Below, piece after piece: positions 23,078-32,000 of a DNA stretch of 32,000 nucleotides. The notes under the pieces were generated by a model that saw only the letters and a program-made list of their open reading frames with translations, ran no database searches and had not been told where the DNA came from. Within the stretch, counting starts at the first letter, position 1. The number at the start of each line of letters is the position of its first letter. Position numbers and translations under genes: made by a program. Origin of the DNA: Cereibacter sphaeroides 2.4.1 (GTDB taxonomy: Bacteria; Pseudomonadota; Alphaproteobacteria; Rhodobacterales; Rhodobacteraceae); assembly GCF_000012905.2 (NCBI RefSeq), contig NC_007494.2, forward strand, positions 120,001 to 152,000, written 5' to 3'.

Positions 23078-23559
23078 AGCTCCCTCGGCGTCTCGAGCCA
23101 GGCGGGCAGGGGGATCCGGCCCAGATCGGGCTTGGCGAGGACCAGCGTCAGGATCCCCAGCACCGGCACAAGGAGCAGGAACAGCGGCAGCAGGGCCGCG
23201 GGCGGGCGATGGGTGCCCTCGGTCTCGGCCACGCTGACGAGCGTGTGGCCGACCCAGGCGTGAAAGGCCACCAGCAGCGCCACGAAGACGAGCTTGGCGA
23301 ACATCCAGGCCACGAAGACCTCGCGCAGGAAGATCAGCGCCGTGCCGCTGGCGATGGCCGCCACCGCGGCAGGCGTCACCACCAGCGTATAGCCGTAATG
23401 GGTCGCGCGTCGGACGCGGGAATAGTCGGCTTGCCCGATCGCATCGTCATGCAGGCTCAGCATGAGCGGCAGGGCGAAGAGGCCGCCGCACCACAGGACG
23501 AGCATGGCGATGTGCAGCGCCTTGAGATGCGGAATCGCAGGTTCGAGAAGACCGATCAT
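23047..23559 (-). CDS. HemJ / CopD-superfamily-like membrane protein (170 aa)
   Basis: ORF track 23047..24684 trimmed to ATG 23559. LKALHIAMLVLWCGGLFALP and AKLVFVALLVAFHAW resemble the conserved His helix and the Lys/His helix of HemJ (UPF0093). The 3' end overlaps DUF2231 by 31 nt (convergent). Confidence 0.7.
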   Translation of the reverse strand: MIGLLEPAIPHLKALHIAMLVLWCGGLFALPLMLSLHDDAIGQADYSRVRRATHYGYTLVVTPAAVAAIASGTALIFLREVFVAWMFAKLVFVALLVAFHAWVGHTLVSVAETEGTHRPPAALLPLFLLLVPVLGILTLVLAKPDLGRIPLPAWLETPRELQLPFDVPSR

Positions 23560-23696
23560 GCGCAGACTGCCTTCGGCGCCTGCTCTCGCGCCGATCTCCG
23601 GACTGCCGTCCCTGCCGTCATCCCTGGTCCTTCTCCCCGTGGCGAGCGCGCGCGGAAAGGGAACGGCGGGGGACGGCCGCGGTTCCGGCGCTTCGG

Positions 23697-25898
23697 TCAG
23701 GCGCTCTTCTGCGCGACGCCCTTGCGCGCGCTCAGCGCCGCGAGCCGCAGCGGATCCATCGGCCGGCCGAGCAGATAGCCCTGAAAGCCGTGGCAGCCCA
23801 TGCCGAGAAGCGCCTCGCGCTGGGACGCGCGCTCGACCCCCTCGGCCGTGACCTCGATGCCCATGGCGCGGCCGAGGTCGAGGATCGCGCGCACGATCTG
23901 GTCGGTGCCGTCGCCGGTGCCGAGCCGCGCCACATAGGAGCGGTCGATCTTGATCGTGTCGATCTGGTAGTCGCGCACATAGCGCAGGAGCGACTGGCCG
24001 GTCGCGAAATCGTCGAGCGCAATCGACACGCCCGCTGCGCGCAGACGTGCCAGATTGGCCAGCGTCGCAGGGCCCGCGTCGAGCGTGAATTTCTCGGTCA
24101 GTTCCAGCACGAGCCGTTCGCCCGAAAGGGAATGCGCCGCCATCACCGCCAGAACCTCGTCGGCGAAGGTCTCCTGGCGCAGCTGCACCGGCGAGATATT
24201 GACCGAGACCCGCGGAATGCCCGAGGTGGCGGCAAGGATGCAGGCCTGTTCGAGGACATGGTGGCCGATCCGATCGATCAGGCCGGTCTCCTCGGCGATG
24301 GAGAGGAAGGTCTCCGGGCCCATCTGCCCGAGGATCGGGTGGTTCCAGCGCACCAGCGCCTCCGCCGCCACGATCCGTTCCTCGGCATCGAAGATGGGCT
24401 GGTAGAGCACATGGATCTGCCCGCCCTCGGCGACGGCCTCGCGCAGGTCGCGCTCGATCTCGTGGCGGCGGCGGAAGATGTCGTTCATCTCGGGCGTGGC
24501 GATGCAGTAGCGTCCGCGCCCCTCGGCCTTGGCGCGGTAGAGAGCCGTGTCGGCGCTGCGCAGGATGGCCTCCCTGCCGCCGTCCACGCTGGCCGCGCGC
24601 ACGGCGCCGATGCTCGCGCCGATCTGGACCTGCCCGCACTTGAGGTCGCAGGGGGCCGCCAGCAGATGCACGAGGCCGCTGCAATAGCGTCCGAGCGTCT
24701 CGTCGCTGGCCATCCCGATCAGGATCACGCCGAACTCGTCGCCGCCGAGCCGGGCCACCGTGTCCGTTTCGCGGACATGCGAGCGCAGCCGCGCCGCCAT
24801 CTGCCGGATGAGCTCGTCGCCGGCCTGATGGCCCATCGTGTCGTTGACCGCCTTGAACCGGTCGAGGTCGAGGCAGAGCAGGGCCACCGGCGGACCCCCG
24901 CGTCGTTCGGCCTTGAGCGCCTGATCCAGCCGGTCCTCGAACAGCGTGCGGTTGGGGATGCCCGCCAGCGGATCGTGCATCGCCAGATAGCGCGCTTCCT
25001 CCTCGCTCTGGTGCAGCCGCCGCGACGCGGTCCAGAGCGTGCGCAGGAGCCAGGTCAGAAGGGCGGCGCCGAAGGCCGCGAACAGGCCCACCACGGGCAG
25101 CATCTCATCGACGATCCGGTGCCCGGGGCGGTCTGCCCGCCAGACGAACCAGGCGATGGGCCGCCCCGCCCCGTCGCGCAGCGGCACGGAGAGTCGGTCT
25201 TCGGGTCCGGGCTGAACCGAGAAAGAGCCGCGGTCGAACTCATAGGTGTTCGAGAGGCGCGCGGCCATGTCGGCATCGGCCATCTGAACCGCGACATGCA
25301 GATATTCCGTGCCTGCCGCCTGCACCACCGCGGGCGTGTCCGGCACGATGGGTACCACGCTCACCAGCGCGGGCTTGCCGCCCAGAAGCACGAAGCGGCT
25401 GAGCGACAGGTCGGCCACATCGGCCGTGGAATCGGCCCGGTTGCGGGTCGCCGCGCGCATCATCGGCCGCATCTCCTCGACCATCTCCTCGACGGCCGGC
25501 GGCAGGGTCGCCCGGGGGCCGGGCTGCCCGGTCACCCGCTCGCGCGCGACATAGACGATCCGCGAGGCCGGATCGACGATGTAGGTCTCGTCCTGCCCGT
25601 ATTCCTCATGCATCCAGGTGCCGAGGTTGGAGTCGATCCAGTCGCGGTCGCCGGCGCGGACATGAACCACCGACTCGTCCCAGACCGTCGAAGCCTGCTG
25701 CTGCTGGAGAAGCTCGCGGGTCTCGCGCAGGAGGGCGCGTTGGGCGAAGCGGATCTGTCGGGCCTCGGCATCCGCATCGACCGCGTTCACCGCCGTGGAA
25801 CTCAGAAAGAGCACCGACAGCGTGGCCACGAGGCAGGCGAACAGGATGGCCGCGACAAGCTGCGCCGAGAACGAGGCAGGCGCACGGGGCTTGTCCAT
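23697..25898 (-). CDS. CHASE4-like sensor / GGDEF / EAL c-di-GMP protein (733 aa)
   Basis: ORF track 23697..26039 trimmed to ATG 25898 (AGGAGGTGA upstream). The periplasmic region between two TM helices carries WDESVVHV...DWIDSNLGTWM...YIVDPASRIVY. Motifs RLGGDEFGVIL, EALVRWNHP, ELTE, DDFATGQS, KIDRSYV and EGVE. Confidence 0.9.
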   Translation of the reverse strand: MDKPRAPASFSAQLVAAILFACLVATLSVLFLSSTAVNAVDADAEARQIRFAQRALLRETRELLQQQQASTVWDESVVHVRAGDRDWIDSNLGTWMHEEYGQDETYIVDPASRIVYVARERVTGQPGPRATLPPAVEEMVEEMRPMMRAATRNRADSTADVADLSLSRFVLLGGKPALVSVVPIVPDTPAVVQAAGTEYLHVAVQMADADMAARLSNTYEFDRGSFSVQPGPEDRLSVPLRDGAGRPIAWFVWRADRPGHRIVDEMLPVVGLFAAFGAALLTWLLRTLWTASRRLHQSEEEARYLAMHDPLAGIPNRTLFEDRLDQALKAERRGGPPVALLCLDLDRFKAVNDTMGHQAGDELIRQMAARLRSHVRETDTVARLGGDEFGVILIGMASDETLGRYCSGLVHLLAAPCDLKCGQVQIGASIGAVRAASVDGGREAILRSADTALYRAKAEGRGRYCIATPEMNDIFRRRHEIERDLREAVAEGGQIHVLYQPIFDAEERIVAAEALVRWNHPILGQMGPETFLSIAEETGLIDRIGHHVLEQACILAATSGIPRVSVNISPVQLRQETFADEVLAVMAAHSLSGERLVLELTEKFTLDAGPATLANLARLRAAGVSIALDDFATGQSLLRYVRDYQIDTIKIDRSYVARLGTGDGTDQIVRAILDLGRAMGIEVTAEGVERASQREALLGMGCHGFQGYLLGRPMDPLRLAALSARKGVAQKSA

Positions 25899-26082
25899 AC
25901 TCACCTCCTGACGGCCCACGGGCGCCGCTGACCTGCCGGTCGAGGGGCTGGAACGGGCAGCCTGGCCCGTCCGGCGGATCTCCGAACCGTCCTGCAGGGA
26001 ACGTGCTGCGTTCATCGTCGATTCCGCCGGAGCGCTCAAGAAATCCGTGAAACTACATACGAAAGATGATGGAAGGTGGATC

Positions 26083-26100
26083 GGCCGGCGGGTGCCGGCC
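26083..26100 (-). terminator. GC hairpin directly after the 91-aa gene (weak terminator/attenuator candidate)
   Basis: GGCCGGC (26083-26089), loop GGGT, GCCGGCC (26094-26100). On the minus strand it is followed by GATCCACCTTCCATCATCTTTCG, a U-containing AT-rich spacer. Confidence 0.35.
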
Positions 26101-26105
26101 GTCTT

Positions 26106-26381
26106 TCAGATCAGTTTCCCGAGCGCGAAGATCGCGCCGAGGCCCAGCACCAGAAGGATCCAGTGCAGCAGCACCTCCCGGCGCGCCCGGCGGGAAGCCT
26201 CGGTCTCGGGAGCAGGGGTCGGGGCGTCGGACGGGGGGGGCGCCGGGGCCCGAGGATCGGCCGAGCGCGCGGCGCGGCGGTCGGCCCGGCGTTGCAGGCT
26301 GCGCCTGCCGCCTTGGAAAAGCAGCGTGAGGGCGCCGGCAGCCGGCAGCAGCCCGCCGAGGGCTGCGGGGTCGAGTGACAT
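26106..26381 (-). CDS. hypothetical small membrane protein (91 aa), Pro/Ala-rich linker, C-terminal TM helix
   Basis: ATG 26381 with AGGA 6 nt upstream. GC3 is near-uniform in the tail codons (CTG CTG CAC TGG ATC ... GGG AAA CTG ATC TGA). C-terminal helix VLLHWILLVLGLGAIFALGKLI. No family recognised. Confidence 0.55.
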   Translation of the reverse strand: MSLDPAALGGLLPAAGALTLLFQGGRRSLQRRADRRAARSADPRAPAPPPSDAPTPAPETEASRRARREVLLHWILLVLGLGAIFALGKLI

Positions 26382-26416
26382 GGCATGTCCTGTGCGTTGA
26401 GCCGGGCATGCGCGGG

Positions 26417-26437
26417 CCTGCGCCCTTGGGGCGCAGG
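26417..26437 (-). promoter_or_regulatory. intercistronic perfect 9-bp GC stem-loop between tatA-like and the 91-aa gene
   Basis: CCTGCGCCC (26417-26425), loop TTG, GGGCGCAGG (26429-26437). No U-tract. Confidence 0.45.
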
Positions 26438-26483
26438 GCTCGGCCTGCCCGTGGAAGATCGGAAATCGGCGTGGTGCCGGAGA

Positions 26484-26675
26484 TCAGGCGTCCTTGATCT
26501 CGCGCGGCGGCTCGGCTGCGGCGGGCTCGGCCGGCGGGTCCTGCAGACCCTGCTTGAAGGCAGAGATGCCGCGGCCGAGCTCGCCCATCATGGACGAGAC
26601 CTTGCCCTTGCCGAAGAGGACGATGATGGCGGCTGCGATGACGAGAAGGCCGGGAAGGCCGATATTGTTGAGCAT
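26484..26675 (-). CDS. tatA: TatA/E family twin-arginine translocase protein (63 aa)
   Basis: ORF track 26484..26681 begins at a TTG; I prefer ATG 26675, which has AGGAG-N6 upstream. MLNNIGLPGLLVIAAAIIVLFGKGKVSSMMGELGRGISAFKQGLQD shows a TM helix, an FGxGK hinge and an amphipathic helix. Confidence 0.85.
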   Translation of the reverse strand: MLNNIGLPGLLVIAAAIIVLFGKGKVSSMMGELGRGISAFKQGLQDPPAEPAAAEPPREIKDA

Positions 26676-26729
26676 GGTCAACTCCTGAAACGTCTGGAAG
26701 GGCCGCGCCTTGCGGGCGGCCGGTCGCGG

Positions 26730-27107
26730 TCAGATCGCGAAGGGACGGTTCGGAGGGGCACGGGCCTGAAAGGCGCGGGCGAACGGCTGCGGCGCGGTGC
26801 CTGCCTGCGCGAGAACGGCTGCGGCGCGGCGGCCGGGAGGCGGCGGCGGCAGCGCCGCCCGGGGCGTGCCATGGGCCGGCTGAGCGCCGCCCGGCAGCAC
26901 CGGCCTGTCGCTGCGCCCTGCGGGAGCGAGGGCGGGCTCGAGGCTCTGGAGCGCGCGGAGCGTGTCGGACTGCGAGGCGGCAGCGCCGGGCAGAGGCCGC
27001 GCGCTCTGCGGCGGCAGCAGCACCAGCAGGACGGCGAGGACCAGCGAGACCAGACAGGCCGAAAGCCTGTTGTGGGTGGTGCCGAAGGAGGCCGGGCCCG
27101 GTCGCAT
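26730..27107 (-). CDS. hypothetical membrane-anchored Pro/Ala-rich protein (125 aa)
   Basis: ATG 27107. GC3 is high across the whole ORF. N-terminal helix RLSACLVSLVLAVLLVLLPP. There is no obvious SD and no family recognised. Confidence 0.5.
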   Translation of the reverse strand: MRPGPASFGTTHNRLSACLVSLVLAVLLVLLPPQSARPLPGAAASQSDTLRALQSLEPALAPAGRSDRPVLPGGAQPAHGTPRAALPPPPPGRRAAAVLAQAGTAPQPFARAFQARAPPNRPFAI

Positions 27108-27241
27108 CGCGGCAAGATGCGCCTGGCCGGTCGCGAGCTCAAGGATTCTTCGGGGGCCGCCGGCGGGAACCTATCCCGCGCTCTCCGGTTGCGGGCCTCG
27201 TCGGCGGAAGCCGGCCGAAGCCACAGTCAGGGAAATCCGTC

Positions 27242-27880
27242 ATGCCATTGCACCGCACCCCCCGGACCGGCCCCGAGCCCCGGACGCTCGCGCTCCTCGC
27301 CGGAGCCGGGCTTGCCGCCGGGGCCGCCGCCTGGGCGGTCAGCCGGTCGCGGGAGAACCCCGTCGTCTTCCGCCCGAACGACGACGCACCCGACCGGGTC
27401 GCCCGCCATCCCGAGGCCACCATGCCCACCGGCCGCACCGTCACCATCAACCGGCCGCGCTCCGAGCTCTTCGCCTTCTGGCGCGACTTCTCGAACCTGC
27501 CGCAGTTCATGGAGAGCGTCGAGCATGTCACCGTCGTGGGCGACGTGAGCCGCTGGACCCTTGCCGCGCCCTTCGGCCGCAAGATCACGCTCGAGACCCG
27601 GATCGTCGAGGAAGTGCCGGACCGGCTGATCGCCTGGCGCTCGACGGACGGATCGGACGTGCGGGCCGAGGGCGCCGTGACCTTCCGCGACGCCCCGGCG
27701 GGCCGCGGCACCGAGGTCGAGGCGGTGGTGGCCTATGTCCCCGCGGGCGGCGAGGCCGGGCGGCTGATCGCGCGGCTCTTCCGTCTCGCGCCCGCGATGC
27801 AGGGGCGGCGCGAGCTGCGCCGCTTCAAGATGCTGATGGAGGCCGGCGAGATCGCCACCTCCCGCAACCGGAAGGATTGA
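27242..27880 (+). CDS. SRPBCC (cyclase/dehydrase, START-like) family protein with N-terminal TM anchor (212 aa)
   Basis: ATG 27242 (AGGGAAA upstream). TLALLAGAGLAAGAAAWAV helix, then RTVTINRPRSELFAFWRDFSNLPQFMESVEHV..., typical of Polyketide_cyc2/SRPBCC. Confidence 0.78.
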   Translation: MPLHRTPRTGPEPRTLALLAGAGLAAGAAAWAVSRSRENPVVFRPNDDAPDRVARHPEATMPTGRTVTINRPRSELFAFWRDFSNLPQFMESVEHVTVVGDVSRWTLAAPFGRKITLETRIVEEVPDRLIAWRSTDGSDVRAEGAVTFRDAPAGRGTEVEAVVAYVPAGGEAGRLIARLFRLAPAMQGRRELRRFKMLMEAGEIATSRNRKD

Positions 27881-27883
27881 TCG

Positions 27884-29068
<1,185 letters not shown>

Positions 29069-29074
29069 CGGAAG

Positions 29075-29095
29075 GCGGGCGGCGCAGCCGCCCGC
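29075..29095. terminator. bidirectional terminator-like hairpin between convergent ADH and kinase genes
   Basis: GCGGGCGGC (29075-29083), loop GCA, GCCGCCCGC (29087-29095), then TTCAC. It fills the 28-nt gap between the stops at 29068 and 29097. Confidence 0.5.
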
Positions 29096-29096
29096 T

Positions 29097-31292
29097 TCAC
29101 TCCACCCGCAGCCCGGGCTCGGGGCGGATGGGCACCTCGATCTCGCAGCGTACCCCTTCGGGGCGGAAGTCGAGCCGGACGGTGCCTCCCGCCTCGACCG
29201 CCAGCACCGTCTCGATCATGCGCATCCCGAAGCCCGCGCGCGCAGGCGGCACCACATGCGGGCCGTCCGCCTCCGCCCAGACGAGCGTGAGGCGGTCTCC
29301 CGGTCCGAGGCTCCAGTGGATCGTCACCCGGCCCTCGGGCACCGAGAGCGCGCCGTATTTCACCGCATTGGTGCAGAGCTCATGCACCGCCATCGAGACG
29401 GGGACCGCCGAGCGCGGGGGCAGCATCACCTCGGGCCCGTCGAGGCTCCAGGCTTCGGCCCGCGCGCCGCAGCCGCCGATCGAGGTCGCGACGATGTGGC
29501 GGAGCGAGGCCCGCTCCCAGTTCTCGTGGTTGAGGTGGCTGTAGGCGCCGGCCAGCGACTGCAGCCGCCCGCCGTAGGCCTCCAGCGCGCTCGATGCCTC
29601 GGGAATGCGGCCGAAGGTCTGCCGCGCCACCGCCTGCACCAGCGCGAGGATGTTCTTCACGCGGTGCTCCATCTCGCCCAGCAGGATCTGCTGGCGCTGA
29701 TGGGCGAGCTTCAGGTCGTGAATGTCGGTGCAGGTGCCCATCCAACGCAGGATCCCGCCCGCCTCGTCGCGCACGGGCACGCCGCGGCCGAGCATCCAGC
29801 GGTAGCTGCCGTCGCGGTGGCGGAGCCGGTATTCGATCTCGTAGTGCTCGCCCGTGCGCAGGGCCTTCGGCCAGAGCCGGTCGATGGCCGGCTGGTCGTC
29901 GGGGTGGTAGAAGGCCCGCCATCCGTCGCCCATCGCCATCTCGGTGCTGGCCCCGGTGCAGTCGGTCCAGCGGCGGTTGAAGAAGTCGCACGAGCCGTCC
30001 GGCCGCGCGGACCAGACCAGCTGCGGCATGGCCTCGGTGAGCGAGCGGAACATCGCCTCGCTCTCGCGCAGCGCTTCCTCGCTGCGGCGGCGGTCGGTCA
30101 CATCCTTGAACACGAGCGCGAACCGCCCGGGGGCTGCGAGCGGCGCGGCAAAGACGTTGAACCAGCGGCCCATCGCATCCGACGGCAGCTCGAACCGCAG
30201 CGTCTCGCCCCCCAGCCCCACGCGGGCATAGATCTCGATCCAGTGCCGCTCGAGGTTCGGCACCAGCTCGAGCGCGGTGCGCCCGACGGCATTGACGAGA
30301 CCGGTCATGCTTTCGAACAGCGGGTTCGCCTCGAGGAAGCGATAGTCGACCGGGGCGCCCGTCTCGTCCACGATCATCTCGCAGGTGCAGAAGCCCTCGT
30401 CGATGGCGGCGAACACGGCGCGGTAATGCGCTTCGCTTTCCCGGAGCTTCTCCTCGGCCTCCTTGCGCGCGGAGATGTCGTAGGCCACGCCCACGAGGCG
30501 CTGCGGACGGCCCATGGCATCGGGCCGCGGCTCGCCCATCAGCCGCAGCCAGCGCCGCCCGCCGCTCTCCAGCACGAGCCGCAGCTCCACCTGCATGGGC
30601 TCGCCGCGCAGAGCCGCAGCCTCGGCCGCGCGCAGGAGCGGCAGATCCTCGGGATCGACGTAATTCTCGAAAACGGCGACCGGCAGTTCCGGCGGCACAT
30701 GGCTCAGGCCGATCAGGCGCGCCACGTCGCCGTCGACCTGCACCAGCCGCTTCTGCAGGTCGAGCTGCCAGACGGTCATCCGGCCGGCCTCCAGCGCCAC
30801 CCGCAGCAGCGCATCCTGCTCCTCCCCGGGGCGGAGCGCCGCAATGTGCGGGCTCTTGTCCGGGCAGGGCGCGCGCTGCGGCCGTTCGAGCGCCGGGTCG
30901 GCCTGCGTATCGGTGAGGTCGAGATCCACCCCCTCGAGACTGATCGGCTTGCCGTCCAGCCCCATCACGAGCCGCCCGTGGCTGAGGATCTGGCGCATCG
31001 TCCCGTCGGGGCGCAGGATGCGGAAGCCGATGCTGTGGCGGAGGCGGCGTTGCGCCAGCGTCTCGCTGACCGCGGCCACCACGCGGGCGCGGTCGTCCGG
31101 GTGGATCATGGCGCTGAAGGCGGCAAAACCCGGAACCGGCGCGCCCGGCGCAAGGCCGAAGATCGCCCGCTCCTCCTCGGACCAGACCAGCTCCTGAGAC
31201 CGGAGGTCCCAGCGCCAGCGTCCGATCCCCAGCGCAGCTTCGTCCAGAGCTCCGTGACGAGCTTCAACGGTGCCTTGGGCCATCGTCTCCAT
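29097..31292 (-). CDS. four-PAS sensor histidine kinase of the HWE family (731 aa)
   Basis: ORF track 29097..31703 trimmed to ATG 31292. Four PAS/PAC units. H-box EHRVKNILALVQAVARQT. Also LVWAEADGP and MAVHELCTNAVKYGA. No cognate regulator is adjacent. Confidence 0.88.
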   Translation of the reverse strand: METMAQGTVEARHGALDEAALGIGRWRWDLRSQELVWSEEERAIFGLAPGAPVPGFAAFSAMIHPDDRARVVAAVSETLAQRRLRHSIGFRILRPDGTMRQILSHGRLVMGLDGKPISLEGVDLDLTDTQADPALERPQRAPCPDKSPHIAALRPGEEQDALLRVALEAGRMTVWQLDLQKRLVQVDGDVARLIGLSHVPPELPVAVFENYVDPEDLPLLRAAEAAALRGEPMQVELRLVLESGGRRWLRLMGEPRPDAMGRPQRLVGVAYDISARKEAEEKLRESEAHYRAVFAAIDEGFCTCEMIVDETGAPVDYRFLEANPLFESMTGLVNAVGRTALELVPNLERHWIEIYARVGLGGETLRFELPSDAMGRWFNVFAAPLAAPGRFALVFKDVTDRRRSEEALRESEAMFRSLTEAMPQLVWSARPDGSCDFFNRRWTDCTGASTEMAMGDGWRAFYHPDDQPAIDRLWPKALRTGEHYEIEYRLRHRDGSYRWMLGRGVPVRDEAGGILRWMGTCTDIHDLKLAHQRQQILLGEMEHRVKNILALVQAVARQTFGRIPEASSALEAYGGRLQSLAGAYSHLNHENWERASLRHIVATSIGGCGARAEAWSLDGPEVMLPPRSAVPVSMAVHELCTNAVKYGALSVPEGRVTIHWSLGPGDRLTLVWAEADGPHVVPPARAGFGMRMIETVLAVEAGGTVRLDFRPEGVRCEIEVPIRPEPGLRVE

Positions 31293-31379
31293 TCTCGTCA
31301 GACCGCGCGGAGGCTCGACTGCCCCGGCGCTCGAACTACCAATATGATCCCCGGCTCCGATTTCGCAACTCCAACTTTG

Positions 31380-31398
31380 CTGTCGGGCCCCTGTCGGG
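31380..31398. promoter_or_regulatory. direct repeat CTGTCGGG-CCC-CTGTCGGG (11-bp period), Pho-box-like architecture
   Basis: Copies at 31380-31387 and 31391-31398, in the 143-nt gap between the CDF stop and the HWE kinase start. Confidence 0.3.
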
Positions 31399-31435
31399 GA
31401 AGGCCGGCCCGCCAGGCCTGCGCCCATCGGCGCCA

Positions 31436-32000
31436 TCAGGCGGGCCGCACCTCGAGCGTCAGGTGCGAGATCTCGTGCAGATGGCTGAGCTTGCCGCGAT
31501 AATGGTCGGGAGGCCGGGGATCCCCGGACCGCAGCGCCACGATGGCGCCATGATGGCCGGGCCCGAGCTGCCAGACGTGGAGATCGGTGATCCGGTCGCA
31601 GCCGGTCTCGAGCGCCGCGCGGATCTCGGCGGGCAGCTCCTCCTCCTCGGGGATGAAGTCGACCAGCACGCCGCCCGCGCTGCGCAGCAGGCCCAGCGAC
31701 CACCGTGCGATCACCAGAGCGCCGAGAAGGCCGATCAGCGGGTCGAGCCAGACCCAGCCGCCGATACGCCCCCCGATGAGCGCCGCGATGGCGAGGACCG
31801 AGGTCAGCGCGTCTGCCAGCACATGCAGATAGGCCGCGCGCAGGTTGTTGTCCTGCGCATGGTGTCCGTGTCCGTGTCCATGCCCATGATCGAGCCCGTG
31901 CCCATGATCGTGCCCCTCGTGCAGCAGAGCCGCCGAGCCGAGGTTCACCAGAAGCCCGATCACCGCGACCACCGTGGCCTGCCCGAAGTCGATCGGCACA
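31436..32000 (-). CDS. cation diffusion facilitator (CzcD/ZitB/DmeF-like) transporter, C-terminal part; 5' end beyond the right window edge
   Basis: The frame is open to the window end. Motifs HVLADALTSVLAIAAL, the His-rich loop HEGHDHGHGLDHGHGHGHGHH and the cytoplasmic C-terminal domain ...ITDLHVWQLGPGHHGAIVAL. Confidence 0.85.
   Translation of the reverse strand, partial: VPIDFGQATVVAVIGLLVNLGSAALLHEGHDHGHGLDHGHGHGHGHHAQDNNLRAAYLHVLADALTSVLAIAALIGGRIGGWVWLDPLIGLLGALVIARWSLGLLRSAGGVLVDFIPEEEELPAEIRAALETGCDRITDLHVWQLGPGHHGAIVALRSGDPRPPDHYRGKLSHLHEISHLTLEVRPA

Noticed and set aside
26106-26381. 91-aa protein as a degenerate TatB
   Set aside because: The N-terminal AGALTLLFQGGRRSLQRR loosely mimics a TM-hinge-basic helix pattern. 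However, it lacks the conserved Gly-Pro hinge and amphipathic helix, and the resemblance is too weak to claim.

Overview
Very GC-rich alphaproteobacterial chromosomal DNA. Third codon positions are almost uniformly G/C, and long spurious antisense ORFs shadow every real gene. The partial gene at the left edge translates to a protein I recognise from memory as the FeS cryptochrome/photolyase CryB of Rhodobacter (Cereibacter) sphaeroides. The window therefore most likely comes from that species or a close relative; this is recognition, not a search.

I support 31 protein-coding genes. I see no rRNA, tRNA, CRISPR array, transposase or integrase.

Gene order, left to right:
- cryB (partial), a DUF2218 gene, an orphan siderophore-type binding protein, a BCCT transporter and a fused ABC exporter.
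- A DUF2934 protein with a histone-H1-like repeat tail, then an MCP, then a 0.93-kb ORF-poor gap.
- eptA-dgkA with a convergent OmpR/HisKA two-component pair, a GFA-family gene, yjdM/phnA and a secreted DUF4157 protein.
- An ECF sigma / anti-sigma / BI-1 / DUF2076 operon.
- A compact quinol-oxidase-type heme-copper oxidase operon (CuA-less subunit II, subunit I-III fusion, small subunit-IV-like ORF), flanked by DUF2231 and HemJ/CopD-like genes.
- A CHASE4-GGDEF-EAL gene, then an orphan tatA-like gene between two unclassifiable micro-membrane-protein genes.
- An SRPBCC + Zn-ADH pair, a four-PAS HWE histidine kinase and a partial CDF transporter.

Best candidates for something undescribed:
1. 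The tatA-like three-gene micro-membrane-protein cluster (26106-27107).
2. The ECF / anti-sigma / BI-1 / DUF2076 operon directly downstream of the atypical oxidase operon (16357-22675), including the oxidase subunit II start-codon anomaly.
3. The ORF-poor gap with an AT-rich perfect palindrome (9165-10095).
4. The duplicated Shine-Dalgarno / anti-SD leader of the BCCT gene (4190-4254).

All family calls rest on motif recognition by eye; none was verified by search.
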